Notes under the pieces: model-generated | Databases searched by the model: none | Told to the model about the DNA's origin: nothing | What the model saw: only the letters and a program-made list of their open reading frames with translations | Part shown: piece by piece, positions 27,590-41,650 of the stretch | Layout of the letters: each line of letters begins with the position of its first letter | Position numbering within the stretch: the stretch's first letter is position 1 | Made by a program: the position numbers and the translations under genes | Origin: the human T2T-CHM13v2.0 reference genome, Homo sapiens | DNA: 64,000 nt | NCBI RefSeq assembly: GCF_009914755.1 | Contig: NC_060933.1 | Reading direction: 5' to 3' (one strand)

Positions 27590-30345
27590 TGGAATCAACC
27601 TGAGTGCAGGGGAGTGGAATGCAATGGAATGCAATGGAATGGAATGAAATGGAATGCAATGGAATCAATTCGATTGCAATGGAATGGAATGGAATGGAAT
27701 GGAATGGAATGGAATGGAATGGAATGGAATTAACCTGAACAGTATGGAATGGAATGGAATGGAATGGAACGGAATGGAATGGAATGGAATGGAATGGAAT
27801 CAACCCGAGTGCAGGGGAATGGAATGGAATGGAATGCAATGGAATGGATTCATCCGGAATGGAATGGAATGGAATGGAATGCAATGGAATGGAATCAATC
27901 AACCCGAGTGCAATGCAATGGAGTGGAATGGAATGGAATGGAACGGAAACTACCCGAATGGCATGGAATGTAATGGAGTGTAAGGGAATTGAAAAGAATC
28001 AATCCGAATGTAATGGAATGGAATGGAACGGAATGAAATGGAATGGCATGGAATGGAATGGAATCAACCCGAGTGCAATGGAATGGAATTGAACGGAATG
28101 GAATGGAAAGGAATGGATTCAACCCGAATGGAATGGAAAGGAATGGAATAAACCCGAGTGGAATGGCATGGAATGGAATGGAATGGAATGGAATGGAATG
28201 GTAAGGAATAGAATGGAATGGAAAGAAATGGAATGGAATGGAATGGAATGGAATGGAATGGAATGGAATGAACCCGTGTGCAATGGATTGGAATGGAATG
28301 GAATGGAATGGAATGTAATGGAATGGAATGGTTTCAACTCGAATGGAATGGAAAGGAATGGAATCAACCCGAGTGGAATGGCATGGAATGGAATGGAATG
28401 GAATGGAATGGAATGGAATAGAATGAAATGGAATGGAATGGAATGGAATGGAAACAACACGAGTGCAATGTAATGGAATCGAGTGGAATGGAATTAAATG
28501 GAATGGAATAGATTCAACCCGAATGGAATGGAAAGGAATGGAATAAACCCGAGAGGAATAGCATGGAATGGAGTGGAATGGAATGGAATGGAATGGAATG
28601 GTATGGAATAGAATGGAATGGAACTAAATGGAATGGAATGGAATGGAATGGAATGGAATGAACACGTGTGCAATGGAATGGAATCAAATGGAATGGAATG
28701 GAATGGAATGGATTCAACTCGAATGGAATGGAAAGGAATGGAATCAACCCGAGCGGAGTAGCATGGATTGGAATGGAAAGGAATGGAATGGAATGGTACG
28801 GAATAGAGTGGAATGGAACGAAATGGAATGGAATGGAATGGAATGGAATAGAATGGAATGGAATGGAATCAACCCGAGTGCAGGGGAATGGAGTGGAATG
28901 GAAGGCAATGGAATAGAATCATCCGGAATGGAATGGAATGGAATGGAAAGGAATGGAATGGAATCAACCTGAGTGCAGGGGAATGGAATGCAATGGAATG
29001 CAATGGAATGGAATGGAATAGAATGCAATGGAAACAACTCGATTGCAATGGAATGGAATGGAATGGACTGGAATGGAATGGAATGGAATGGAATGGAATG
29101 GAATGGAATTAACCTGAACAGAAAGGAATGGAATGGAATGGAATGGAACGGAATGGAATGGAATGGAATGGAATGGAATCAACCCGAGTGCAGGGGAATG
29201 GAATGGAATGGAATGCAATGGAATGGATTCATCCGGAATGGAATGGAATGGAATGGAATGCAATGGAATGGAATCTATCAACCCGAGTGCAATGCAATGG
29301 AGTGGAATGGAATGGAATGGAACGGAAACTACCCGAATGGAATGGAATGTAATGGAGTGTAAGGGAATTGAAAAGAATCAATCCGAATGTAATGGAATGG
29401 AATGGAACGGAATGAAATGGAATGGCATGGAATGGAATGGAATCAACCCGAGTGCAATGGAATGGAATTGAACGGAATGGAATGGAAAGGAATGGATTCA
29501 ACCCGAATGGAATGGAAAGGAATGGAAAAAACCGAGTGGAATGGCATGGAATGGAATGGAATGGAATGGAATGGAATGGTACGGAATAGAATGGAATGGA
29601 ACGAAATGGAATGGAATGGAATGGAATGGAATGGAATGGAATGGAATGGAATGGAATGGAATGAACCCGTGTGCAATGGATTGGAATGGAATGGAATAGA
29701 ATGGAATGGAATGGAAAGGAATGGTTTCAACTCGAATGGAATGGAAAGGAATGGAATCAACCCGAGTGGAATGGCATGGAATGGAATGGAATGGAATGGA
29801 ATGGAATGGAATGGAATGAAATGGAATGTAATGGAATGGAATGGAAACAACACGAGTGCAATGTAATGGAATCGAGTGGAATGGAATTGAATGGAAAGGA
29901 ATGGATTCAATCCGAATGGAATGGAAAGGAATGGAATAAACCCGAGAGGAATAGCATGGAATGGAGTGGAATGGAATGGAATGGAATGGAATGGTATGGA
30001 ATAGAATGGAATGGAACTAAATGGAATGGAATGGAATGGAATGGAATGGAATGGAATGGAATGAACCCGTGTGCAATGGAATGGAATCGAATGGAATGGA
30101 ATGGAATGGAATGGATTCAACTCGAATGGAATGGAAAGGAATGGAATCAACCCGAGTGGAATAGCATGGATTGGAATGGAAAGGAATGGAATGGAATGGT
30201 ACGGAATAGAGTGGAATGGAACGAAATGGAATGGAATGGAATGGAATGGAATGGAATAGAATGGAATGGAATGGAATGGAATCAACCCGAGTGCAGGGGA
30301 ATGGAGTGGAATGGAAGGCAATGGAATGGAATCATCCGGAATTGA
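27590..30345 (-). repeat. ~1.4-kb tandem duplication within the diverged subdomain
   Basis: The same ordered private motifs (aacctgagtgcagggg, attaacctgaaca, ggattcatccgg, aacggaaactacccg, gggaattgaaaagaatc, aacccgtgtg, cccgagaggaatagcatgg) appear twice. ORF pairs are offset by 1379 (27749/29128, 27754/29133). Confidence 0.88.
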
Positions 30346-31860
30346 ATGGAATGGAATGGAATGGAATGGAATCAACTCGATTGAAATGGAATGGAATGGA
30401 ATGGAATGGAGTGGATGGGAATGGAATGGAATGTAATGAACCCGAGTGCAGGGGAATGGAATGGAATGGAATGCAATGGAATGGAGTCATCCTGAATGGA
30501 ACGGAATGGAATGGAATGGAATCAACCCGAGTGCAATGGAATGGAATGGAACGGAAAGGAATGGAATGGAATGGATTCAACCCGAATGGAATGGAAAGGA
30601 ATGGAATCAACCCGAGAGGAATGGCATGGAATGGAATGGAATGGAATGGAGTGGAATGGTACGGAATAGAATGTAATGGAACGAAACGGAATGGAATGGA
30701 ATGGAATGGAATGGAATGGAATGGAATGGAATGGAATGTAATTAACCCCAATAGAATGGATTGGAATGGAATGGAAGTAAATGGAACGGAAGGTAATGAA
30801 CCCGAGTGCAGGGGAATGGAATGGAATGGAATGCAATGGAATGGAGTCATCCGGAACGGAACGGAAAGGAATGGAATGGAACCAACCCGTGTGCAATGGA
30901 ATTGAAAGGAATGGCATGGAATGGAATGGAATGGAATGGAATGGAATGGATTCAACCCGAATGGAATGGAAAGGAAGGGAATCAACCCAAGTGGAATGGC
31001 ATGGAATGGAATGGATTGGAATGGAATGGAATGGAATGGTACCGAATGGAATGGAATGGAATGGTACCGAATAGAATGGAATGGAACGAAATGGAATGTA
31101 ATGGAATGGAATGGAATGGAATGAACCCGTGTGCAATGGATTGGAATGGAATGGAATGGAATGGAATGGAATGGAATGGAATGGGTTCGACTCGAATGGA
31201 ACGGAATGGAATGAAATCAACCCGAGTGGAATGGCATGGAATGGAATGGAATGGAATGGAATGGAATGGAATGGAATGGAAACAACACGAGTGCAATGTA
31301 ATGGAATCGAATGGAATGGAATGCAATGGATTCAACCCGAATGGAATGGAAACGAATGGAATAAAACCGAGTGGAATGGCATGGAATGGAGTCTAATGGA
31401 ATGGAATGGAATGGAATGGTATGGAATAGAATGGAATGGAACGAAATGGAATGGAATGGAATGGAATGAAATGAACCCGTGTGCAATGGAATGGAATGGA
31501 ATGCAATGGAATGGAATGGATTCAACTCGAATGGAATGGAAACGAATGGAATCAACCCGAGTGGAATGGCATGGAATGGAATGGAATGGAATGGAATGGA
31601 ATGGAATTAACCCTAATAGAATGGAATGGAATGGAATGGAATGGAATGGAATGGAATGGAATGGAATGGAATGGAATGGTACGGAATAGAATGGAATGGA
31701 ACGAAATGGAATGGAATGGAATGGAATGGAATGGAATGGAATGGAATGGAATGGAATGGAATCAACCCGAGTGCAGGGGAATGGAATGGAATGGAAGGCA
31801 ATGGAATGACACCATTCGGAATTGAATGGAATGGAATGGAATGGAATGGAATGGAATGGA

Positions 31861-32040
31861 ATCAACTCGATTGAAATGGAATGGAATGGAATGGAATGGA
31901 ATGGAATGGAATGGAATGGAATCAACTCGATTGAAATGGAATGGAATGGAATGGAATGGAATGGAATGGAATGGAATGGAATCAACTCGATTGAAATGGA
32001 ATGGAATGGAATGGAATGGAATGGAATGGAATGGAATGGA
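31861..32040 (-). repeat. Perfect 60-bp unit x3
   Basis: The three 60-base lines starting at 31861, 31921 and 31981 are identical: atcaactcgattgaa followed by (atgga)9. Confidence 0.93.
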
Positions 32041-35000
32041 ATGGAAGTGAATGGATGGAATGTAATGAAACCGAGTGCAGGGGAATGGAATGGAATGGAA
32101 TGCAATGGAATGGAGTCATCCGGAATGGAACGGAATGGAATGGAATGGAATCAACCCGAGTGCAGTGGAATGGAATGGAATGGAATGGAATGGAGTGGAA
32201 TGGTACAGAATAGAATGTAATGGAACGAAATGGAATGGAATGGAATGGAATGGAATGGAATGGAATCATTCCGAGTGGAATAGAAGGGAATGTTTTCGAG
32301 TGGAATGAAAAGGAATGGAATCAACCAGAGTGGGATGGAATGGAATCGAGTGGAATGGAATGCAATCGAATGGAATGGAAAGGAATAGAATGGAATCAAC
32401 CCGAGTGGAATGGAATGGAAAGGACTGGAATGGAATGGAATGGAATGCAATGGAATCAACTCGATTGCAATGAAATGGAATGCAATGGAATGGAATGGAA
32501 TGGAATGGAATTAACCGGAATAGAATGGAATTGAATGGAATGGAAAGGAATGGAATGGAATAGAATGGAATGGAATGGATTCAACTCGAATGGAATGGAA
32601 AGGAATGGAATCAACCCGAGTGGAATGGCATGGAATGAAATGGAATGGAATGTAATGGAATGGAATTAACCCTAATAGAATGGAATGGAATGGAATGGAA
32701 TGGAATGGAATGGAAGGAAATGGAATGGAATGGAATGGAATAGAATGGAAGGAAATGGAATGGAATGGAATGGAATGGAATGGAATGGAATGGTACGGAA
32801 TAGAATGGAATGGAACGAAATGGAATGGAATGGAATGGAATGGAATGGAATGGAATGGAATGGAATGGAATGAAATCAACCCGAGTGCAGGGGAATGGAA
32901 TGGAATGGAAGGCAATGGAATGAAATCATTCGGAATTGAATGGAATGGAATGGAATGGAATGGAATCAACTCGATTGAAATGGAATGGAATGGAATGGAA
33001 TGGAATGGAATGGAATGGAATGGAAGTGAATGGAATGTAATGTAATGAAACCGAGTGCAGGGGAATGGAATGGAATGGAATGCAATGGAATGGAGTCATC
33101 CGGAATGGAACGGAATGGAATGGAATGGAATCAACCCGAGTGCAAAGGAATGGAATGGAACGGAAAGGAATGGAATGGAATGGATTCAACCCGAATGGAA
33201 TGGAAAGGAATGGAATCAACCCGAGAGGAATGGCATGGAATGGAATGGAATGGAATGGAGTGGAATGGTACGGAATAGAATGTAATGGAACGAAACGGAA
33301 TGGAATGGAATGGAATGGAATGCAATGGAATGGAATGGAATCATTCCGAGTGGAATAGAAGGGAATGTTTTCGAGTGGAATGAAAAGGAATGGTATCAAC
33401 CAGAGTGGAATGGAATGGAATCGAATGGAATGGAAAGGAATAGAATGGAATCAACCCGAGTGGAATGGAATGGAAAGGACTGGAATGGAATGGAATGGAA
33501 TGCAATGGAATCAACTCGATTGCAATGAAATGGAATGGAATGGAATGGAATGGAATGGAATAGAATAGAATGGAAAGGAATCACCCCAAGTGCAGGGGAA
33601 TTTAATGGAATGGAATGCAGTGGAATGGAATCATCCGGAATGGAATGGAATGGAATGGAATGGAACGGAATGCAATGGAATCAACTCGATTTCAATGGAA
33701 TGCAAAGGAATGGAATGGAATGGAATGCAATGGAATCATACGGAATAGAATGGAATGGAACGAAATGGAATGTAATGGAATGGAAAGGAATGGAATGGAA
33801 TGGAATGGAACGGAATGGAATGGAATGGAATTAATCCGAATAGAATGGAATGGAATGGAAAGGAACAGAATGGAACGGAATGGAATGGAATGGAATGGAA
33901 TGGTATGGAATGGAATGGAATGGTACGGAATAGAATGGAATGGAACGAATTGCAATGGAATGGAATTGAATGGAATGGAATGGAATGGAATGGAATCAAC
34001 GCGAGTGCAGGCGAATGTAATGGAACGGAATGCAATGGAATGGAATCATCCGGAATGGAATGGAATGGAATGGAATGGAATGGAATCAACCCGAGTGCAA
34101 TGGAATGGAGTGGAATGGAATGGAATGGAATGGAACAACCCGAATGGAATGGAATGGAATGGAGAGTAAGGGAGTTGAATAGAATCAATCCGAATGTAAT
34201 GGAATGGAATGCAACGGAATGGAATGGAATGGAATGGAATGGAATGCAATGGAATGGAATCAACTCGAGTACAATGGAATGGAATGGAATGGAATTGAAT
34301 GCAATGGAATGGAATCAACTCGAGTACAATGGAATGGAATGGAATGGAATAGAATGGAATGGAATGGAATGGAATTGAATGGAATGGAATGCCTTCAAAC
34401 CGAATGGAATGGAAAGGAATGGAATCACCACGAGTGGAATGGAATGGAATGGAAAGGAATGGAATGGAATAGAATGGTACGGAATAGAATGGAATGGAAC
34501 GAACTGGAATGGAATGGAATGGAATGGAATGGAATGGAATCGTTCTGAGTGGAATACGAGGGAATGTATTCGAGTGGAATGGAAAGGAATGGAATCAACC
34601 AGATTGGAATGGAAGGGAATGGAATGGAATGGAAACTAATAGAATGGAATCAACCCGAGTGGAATGGAATGGAAAGGACTGGAATGGAATGGAATGGAAT
34701 GGAATGGAATGGAATCAACTACATTGTAATGGAATGGAATGGAATAGAATGGAATGGAATTAACCCGAATACAGTGGAATGGACTAGAATGGAACGGAAT
34801 GGAGTGGAATGGAATGGAATCAACCCGAGTGCAGGGGAATGGAATGGAATGGAATGCAATGGAATGGAATCATCCGGAATGGAATGGAATGGAATAGAAT
34901 GCAAAGCAATGGAATCAACTCGATTGCAATGGAATGGAATGGAATGGAAAGGAATAGAACGGAATCAACCCGAGTGTAATGGAATGGAAAGGACTGGAAT

Positions 35001-38000
35001 GGAGTGGAATGGAATGGAATGGAATGGAATGGAATCAACTCGATTGGAATGGAATGGAATGGAATGGAAAGGAATGGAATGGAATTAACCTGAATAGAAT
35101 GGAATGGAATGGAATGGAACGGAACGGAATGGAATGGAATGGAATGGAATGGAATGGAATGGAATCAACCCGACTGCAGGGGAATGGAATGGAATGGAAT
35201 GCAATAGAATGGAATCATCCGGAACGGAATGGAATGGAATGGAATGGAATCAACTCGATTGCAATCGAATGGAATGGAATGGAATTAACCCGAATAGAAT
35301 GGAATGGAATGGAATGGAACGGAACTGAATGGAATGGAATGGAATGGAATGAAATGGAACGGAACGGAACGGAATGGAATGGAATGGAATGGAATGGAAT
35401 CAACGCGAGTGCAGGGGAATGGAATGGAATGGAATGCAATGGAATGGAATCTTCCGGAATGGAATGGAATGGAATGGAATGGAATGAAATGCAATGGATT
35501 CAACTCGATTGCAATGGAATGGAATGGAATGGAATGGAATGGATTGAAATGCAATGGATTCAACTCCATTGCAATGGAATGGAATAGATTGGAATGGAAT
35601 GGAATGGAATTAACCCGAATAGAATGGAATGGAATGGAATGGAACGGAATGGAACGGAACGGAATGGAATGGAATGGAATGGAATGGAATGGTATGGAAT
35701 GGAATGGAATGCTACGGAATAGAATGGAATGGAACGAATTGTAATGGAATGGAATTGAATGGAATGGAATGGAATGGAATGGAATGGAATCAACGCGAGT
35801 GCAGGGGAATGTAATGGAACGGAATGCAATGGAACGGAATCATCCGGAATGGAATGGAATGGAATGGAATCAACCCGAGTGCAATGGAATGGAGTGGAAC
35901 GGAATGGAATGGAATGGAACAACCCGAATGGAATGGAATGTAATGGAGAGTAAGGGAGTTGAATAGAATCAATCCGAATGTAATGGAATGGAATGCAACG
36001 GATTGGAATGGAATGGAATGCAATGGAATGGAATCAACCCGAGTACAATGGAATGGAATGGAATGGAATGGAATGGAATGGAATGGAATGGAATGCCTTC
36101 AAACCGAATGGAATGGAAAGGAATGGAATCAACACGAGTGGAATGTAATGGAATGGAATGGAAGGGAATGGAATGGAATGGAATGGAATGATACGGAACA
36201 GAATGGAATGGAACGAAATGGAATGGAATGGAATGGAATGGAATGGAATCGTTCCGAGTAGAATAGGAGGGAATGTATTCGAGTGGAATGGAAAGGAATG
36301 GAATCACCCAGAGTGGAATGGAAGAGAATGGAATGGAATGGAAACTAATAGAATGGAATCAACCCGAGTGGAATGGAATGGAAAGGACTGGAATGGAATG
36401 GAATGGAATGGAATGGAATGGAATGGAATGGAATGAAATGGAATGGAATCAACTCGATTGGAATGGAATGTAATGGAATGGAATGGAATGAAATGGAATG
36501 GAATCAACTCGATTGCAATGGAATGGAATGGAATGGAATGGAATGGAATGGAATTAACCCGAATACAATGGAATGGAATGGAATGGAATGGTACGGAATG
36601 GAGTGGAATGGAATGGAATCAACCCGAGTGCAGGGGAATGGAATGGAATGGAATGCAATGGAATGGAATCATCCGGAATGGAATGGAATGGAATGGAATG
36701 CAAAGCAATGGAATCAACTCGATTGCAATGGAATGGAATGGAATGGAAAGGAATACATTGGAATCACCCCGAGTGGAATGGAATTGAAAGGACTGGAATG
36801 GAGTGGAATGGAATGGAATGGAATGGAAAGGAATCAACTCGATTGGAATGGAATGGAATGGAATGGTACGGAATAGAATGGAATGGAACGAATTGTAATG
36901 GAATGGAATTGAATGGAATGGAATGGAATGGAATGGAATCAACGCGAGTGCAGGGGAATGTAATGGAACGGAATGCAATGGAATGGAATAGAATGGAAAG
37001 GAATACATTGGAATCAACCCGAGTGGAATGGAATGGAAAGGACTGGAATGGAGTGGAATGGAATGGAATGGAATGGAATGGAATCAACTCGATTGGAATG
37101 GAATGCAATGGAATGGAATGGAATTAACCCGAATAGAATGGAATGGAATGGAATGGAACGGAACGGAACGGAATGGAATGGAATGGAATCGAATGGAAGG
37201 GAATGGAATCAACCCGACTGCAGGGGAATGGAATGGAATGGAATGCAATGGAATGGATTTAACTTGAATGGAATGGAAAGAATGGAATCAACACGAGTGG
37301 AATGGCATGGATTGGAATGGAATGCAATGGAATCAACCCGAGTACAGGGAAATGGAATGGAATGGAATGCAATGGAATGGAATCATCCGTAATGGATTGG
37401 AAAGGAATGGAATGGAATGGAATGGAATGGAATAGAATGGAATGGAATCAACTCGATTGCAATCGAATGGAATGGAATGGAATTAACCCGAATAGAATGG
37501 AATGGAATGGAATGGAACGGAACGGAATGGAATGGAATGCAATGGAATGGAATGGAATGGAACGGAACGGAATGGAATGGCATGGAATGGAATGGAATGG
37601 AATGGAATGGAATCAACGCGAGTGCAGGGGAATGGAATGGAATGGAATGCAATGGAATGGAATCTTCCGGAATGGAATGGAATGGAATGGAATGGAATGG
37701 AATGGAATGGAATGCAATGGATTCAACTCGATTGCAATGGAATGGAATAGAATGGAATGGAATGGAATGGAATGGAATGGAATGGAATGGAATTAATCCG
37801 AGTAGAATGGAATGGAATGGAATGGAACGGAATGCAACGGAATGGAATGGAATGGAATGGAATGGAATGGTACGGAAAGGAATGGAATTGTACGGAATAG
37901 AATGGAATGGAACGAATTGTAATGGAACGGAATTGAATGGAATGGAATGGAATCAACGCGAGTACAGGGGAATGTAATGGAACGGAATGCAATGGAATGG

Positions 38001-41000
38001 AATCATTCGGAATGGAATGGAATGGAATGGAATGGAATGGAATGGAATGGAATGGAATCAACCCGAGTGCAATGGAATGGAGTGGAATGGAATGGAAAGG
38101 AATGGAACAACCCGAATGGAATGGAATGTAATGGAGAGTAAGGGAGTTGAATAGAATCAATCCGAATGTAATGGAATGGAATAGAACGGAATGGAATGGA
38201 ATGGAATGGAATGGAATGGAATGGAATGGAATGCAATGGAATTGAATCAACCTGAGTACAATGGAATGGAATGGAATGGAATGGAATGGAATGGAATGGA
38301 ATGGAATGATACGGAATAGAATGGAATGGAACGAAATGGAATGGAATGGAATGGAATGGAATGGAATGGAATGGAATGGAATGGAATCGTTCCGAGTGGA
38401 ATAGGAGGGAATGTATTCTAGTGGAATGGAAAGGAATGGTATCAACCAGAGTGGAATGGAAGGGAATGGAATGGAATGGAATCTAATAGAATGGAATCAA
38501 CCCGAGTGGAATGGAATGGAAAGGACTGGAATGGAATGGAATGGAATGGAATCAACTCGATTGTAATGGAATGGAATGGAATGGAATGGAATGGAATGGA
38601 ATGGAATGGAATTATCCCGAATACAATGGAATGGAATGGAATGGAACGGAATGGAGTGGAATGGAATGGAATCAACCCGAGTGCAGGGGAATGTAATGGA
38701 ATGGAATGCAATGGAATGGAATCATCCGGAATGGAATGGAATGGAATGGAATGCAAAGCAATGGAATCAACTCGATTGCAATGGAATGGAATGGAATGGA
38801 AAGGAATACATTGGAATCACCCCGAGTGGAATGGAATGGAAAGGACTGGAATGGAGTGGAATGGAATGGAATGGAATGGAAAGGAATCAACTCGATTGGA
38901 ATGGAATGGAATGGAATGGTACGGAATAGAATGGAATGGAACGAATTGTAATGGAATGGAATTGAATGGAATGGAATGGAATGGAATGGAATCAACGCGA
39001 GTGCAGGGGAATGTAATGGAACGGAATGCAATGGAATGGAATCATCCGGAATGGAATGGAATGGAATGGAATGGAATGGAATGGAATGGAACGGAACGGA
39101 ATGGAATGGAATGGAATGGAATGGAATGGAATCAACTTGATTGGAATGGAATGGAATGGAATGGAATGGAATGGAAAGGAATGGAATTAAACCGAATAGA
39201 AAGGAATGGAATGGAATGGAACGGAACGGAACGGAACGGAATGGAATGGAATGGAATGGAATGGAATAAACGCGAGTGCAGGGGAATGGAATGGAATGGA
39301 ATGCAATGGAATGGAATCTTCCAGAATGGAATGGAATGGAATGGAATGGAATGCAATGGATTCAACTCGATTGCAATGGAATGGAATAGAATGGAATGGA
39401 ATGGAATGGAATGGAATTAACCCGAATAGAATGGAATGGAATGGAATGGAACGGAAAGGAACGGAATGGAATGGAATGGAATGGAATGGTATGGAATGGA
39501 ATGGAATGGTACGGAAGAGAATGGAAAGGAAAGAATTGGAATGGAATGGAATCGAATGGAATGGAATGGAATGGAATGGAATGGAATCAACCCGAGTGCA
39601 GGGGAATGTAATGGAACGGAATGTAATGGAATGGAATCATCCGGAATGGAATGGAATGGAATGGAATGGAATGGAATGGAATGGAACCAACCCGATTGTG
39701 ATGGAATGGAATGGAATGGAATGGAATGGAATGGAATGGAATTAACCCGAATACAATGCCATGGAATGGAATGGAACGGAATGGAGTGGAATGGAATGGA
39801 ATCAACCCGAGTGCAGGGGAATGGAATGGAATGGAATGCAATGGAATGGAATCATCCGGAATGGAATGGAATGGAGTGGAATGCAAAGCAATGGAATCAA
39901 CTCGATTGCAATGGAATGGAATGGAATGGAAAGGAATACATTGGAATCAACCCGAGTGGAATGAAATGGAAAGGACTAGAATGGAGTGGAATGGAATGGA
40001 ATGGAATGGAATGGAATCAACTCGATTGGAATGGAATGGAATGGAATGGAATGGAATTAACCCAAATATAATGGAATGGAATAGAATGGAATGGAACGGA
40101 ACAGAGTGGAATGGAATGGATTGGAATGGAATGGAATGGAATGGAATCAACCCGACTGCAGGGGAATGGAATGGAATGGAATGCAATGGAATGGATTCAA
40201 CTTGAATGGAATGGAAAGAATGGAATCAACACGAGTGGAATGGCATGGATTGGAATGGAATGGAATGGAATCAACCCGAGTACAGGGGAATGGATTAGAA
40301 TGGAATGCAATGGAATGGAATCATCAGTAACGGAATGGAAAGGAATGGAATGGAATGGAATGGAATGGAATGGAATGGAATGGAATGGAATCAACTCGAT
40401 TGAAATCGAATGGAATGGAATGGAATTAACCCGAATAGAATGGAATGCAATGGAATGGAACGGAACGGAATGGAATGGAATGGAATGGAATGGAACGGAA
40501 CGGAATAGAATGGAATGGAACGAATTGTAATGGAATGGAATTGAATGGAATGGAATGGAATGGAATCAACGCGAGTGCAGGGGAATGTAATGGAACGGAA
40601 TGCAATGGAATGGAATCATCCGGAATGGAATGGAATGGAATGGAATGGAATGGAATGGAATGGAATCTTCCGGAATGGAATGGAATGGAATGGAATGGAA
40701 TGGAATGCAATGGATTCAACTCGATTGCAATGGAATAGAATAGAATGGAATGGAATGGAATGGAATGGAATTAAACCGAATAGAATGGAATGGAATGGAA
40801 TGGAACCGAACGGAACGGAACGGAACGGAACGGAGTGGAAGGGAATGGAATGGAATTGTATGGAATGGAATGGCATGGTACGGAATAGAATGGAATGGAA
40901 AGAAATGGAATGGAATGGAATCGAATGGAATGGAATGGAATGGAATGGAATCAACCCGAGTGCAGGGGAATGTAATGGAACGGAATGCAATGGAATGGAA

Positions 41001-41625
41001 TCATCCGGAATGGAATGGACTGGAATGGAATGGAATGGAATGGAATGGAATGGAATCAACCCGCGTGCAATGGAATGGAGTGGAACGGAATGGAATGGAA
41101 TAGAACAACCCGAATGGAATGGAATGTAATGGAGAGTAAGGGAGTTCAATAGAATCAATCCGAATGTAATGGAATGGAACGGAATGGAATGGAATGGAAT
41201 GGAATGGAATGCAATGGAATGGAATCAACCCGAGTACAATGGAACGGAATATAATGTAATGTAATGGAATGGAATGGAATGGAATGGAATGGAATGGAAT
41301 GGAATCAACCCGAGTGCAATGGAATGGAGAGGAATGGAATGGAATGGAATGGAAACTACCCGAATGGAATGGAATGGAATGGAGTGTAAGGGAATTGAAT
41401 AGAATCAATCCGAAAGGAATGGAATGGTATGGAACGGAATGTAATGTAATGGAATGGAATGGAATCAACCCGAGTGCAGGGGAATGGAATGGAATGGAAT
41501 GCAATGGAATGGAATCTTCCGGAATGGAATGGAATGGAATGCAATGGAATGGAATGGAATGGAATCAACCTGAGTGCAATGGAATGGACTGAAATGGAAT
41601 GGAATGGAATGGAAACAACCAGAAT

Positions 41626-41650
41626 GCAATGGAATGCACTCGGGTTGATT
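41626..41650. other. Right inversion breakpoint (GGAAT to CATTC)
   Basis: gcaatggaatgca|ctcgggttgatt. The palindromic TGCA (41635-41638) is shared by the reverse motif ggaatgca(atgg) and the forward motif tgcactcgggttga. Confidence 0.93.

Larger units (their letters stand above)
23740..41634 (-). repeat. HSat3 array in inverted (GGAAT-on-top) orientation, ~17.9 kb
   Basis: The top strand reads (GGAAT)n with exact reverse complements of the flank modules (ggaatcaacccgagtgca, attaacccgaatag, atcatccgg). The ORF track flips too: MEWNG ORFs move from the - to the + strand between ~23741 and ~41600. Confidence 0.97.

Noticed and set aside
23740-41634. Inverted block as a mobile element or site-specific invertible cassette
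   Set aside because: I found no terminal inverted repeats distinct from the satellite, no target-site duplication, no recombinase or transposase coding sequence, and the two junction microhomologies differ.
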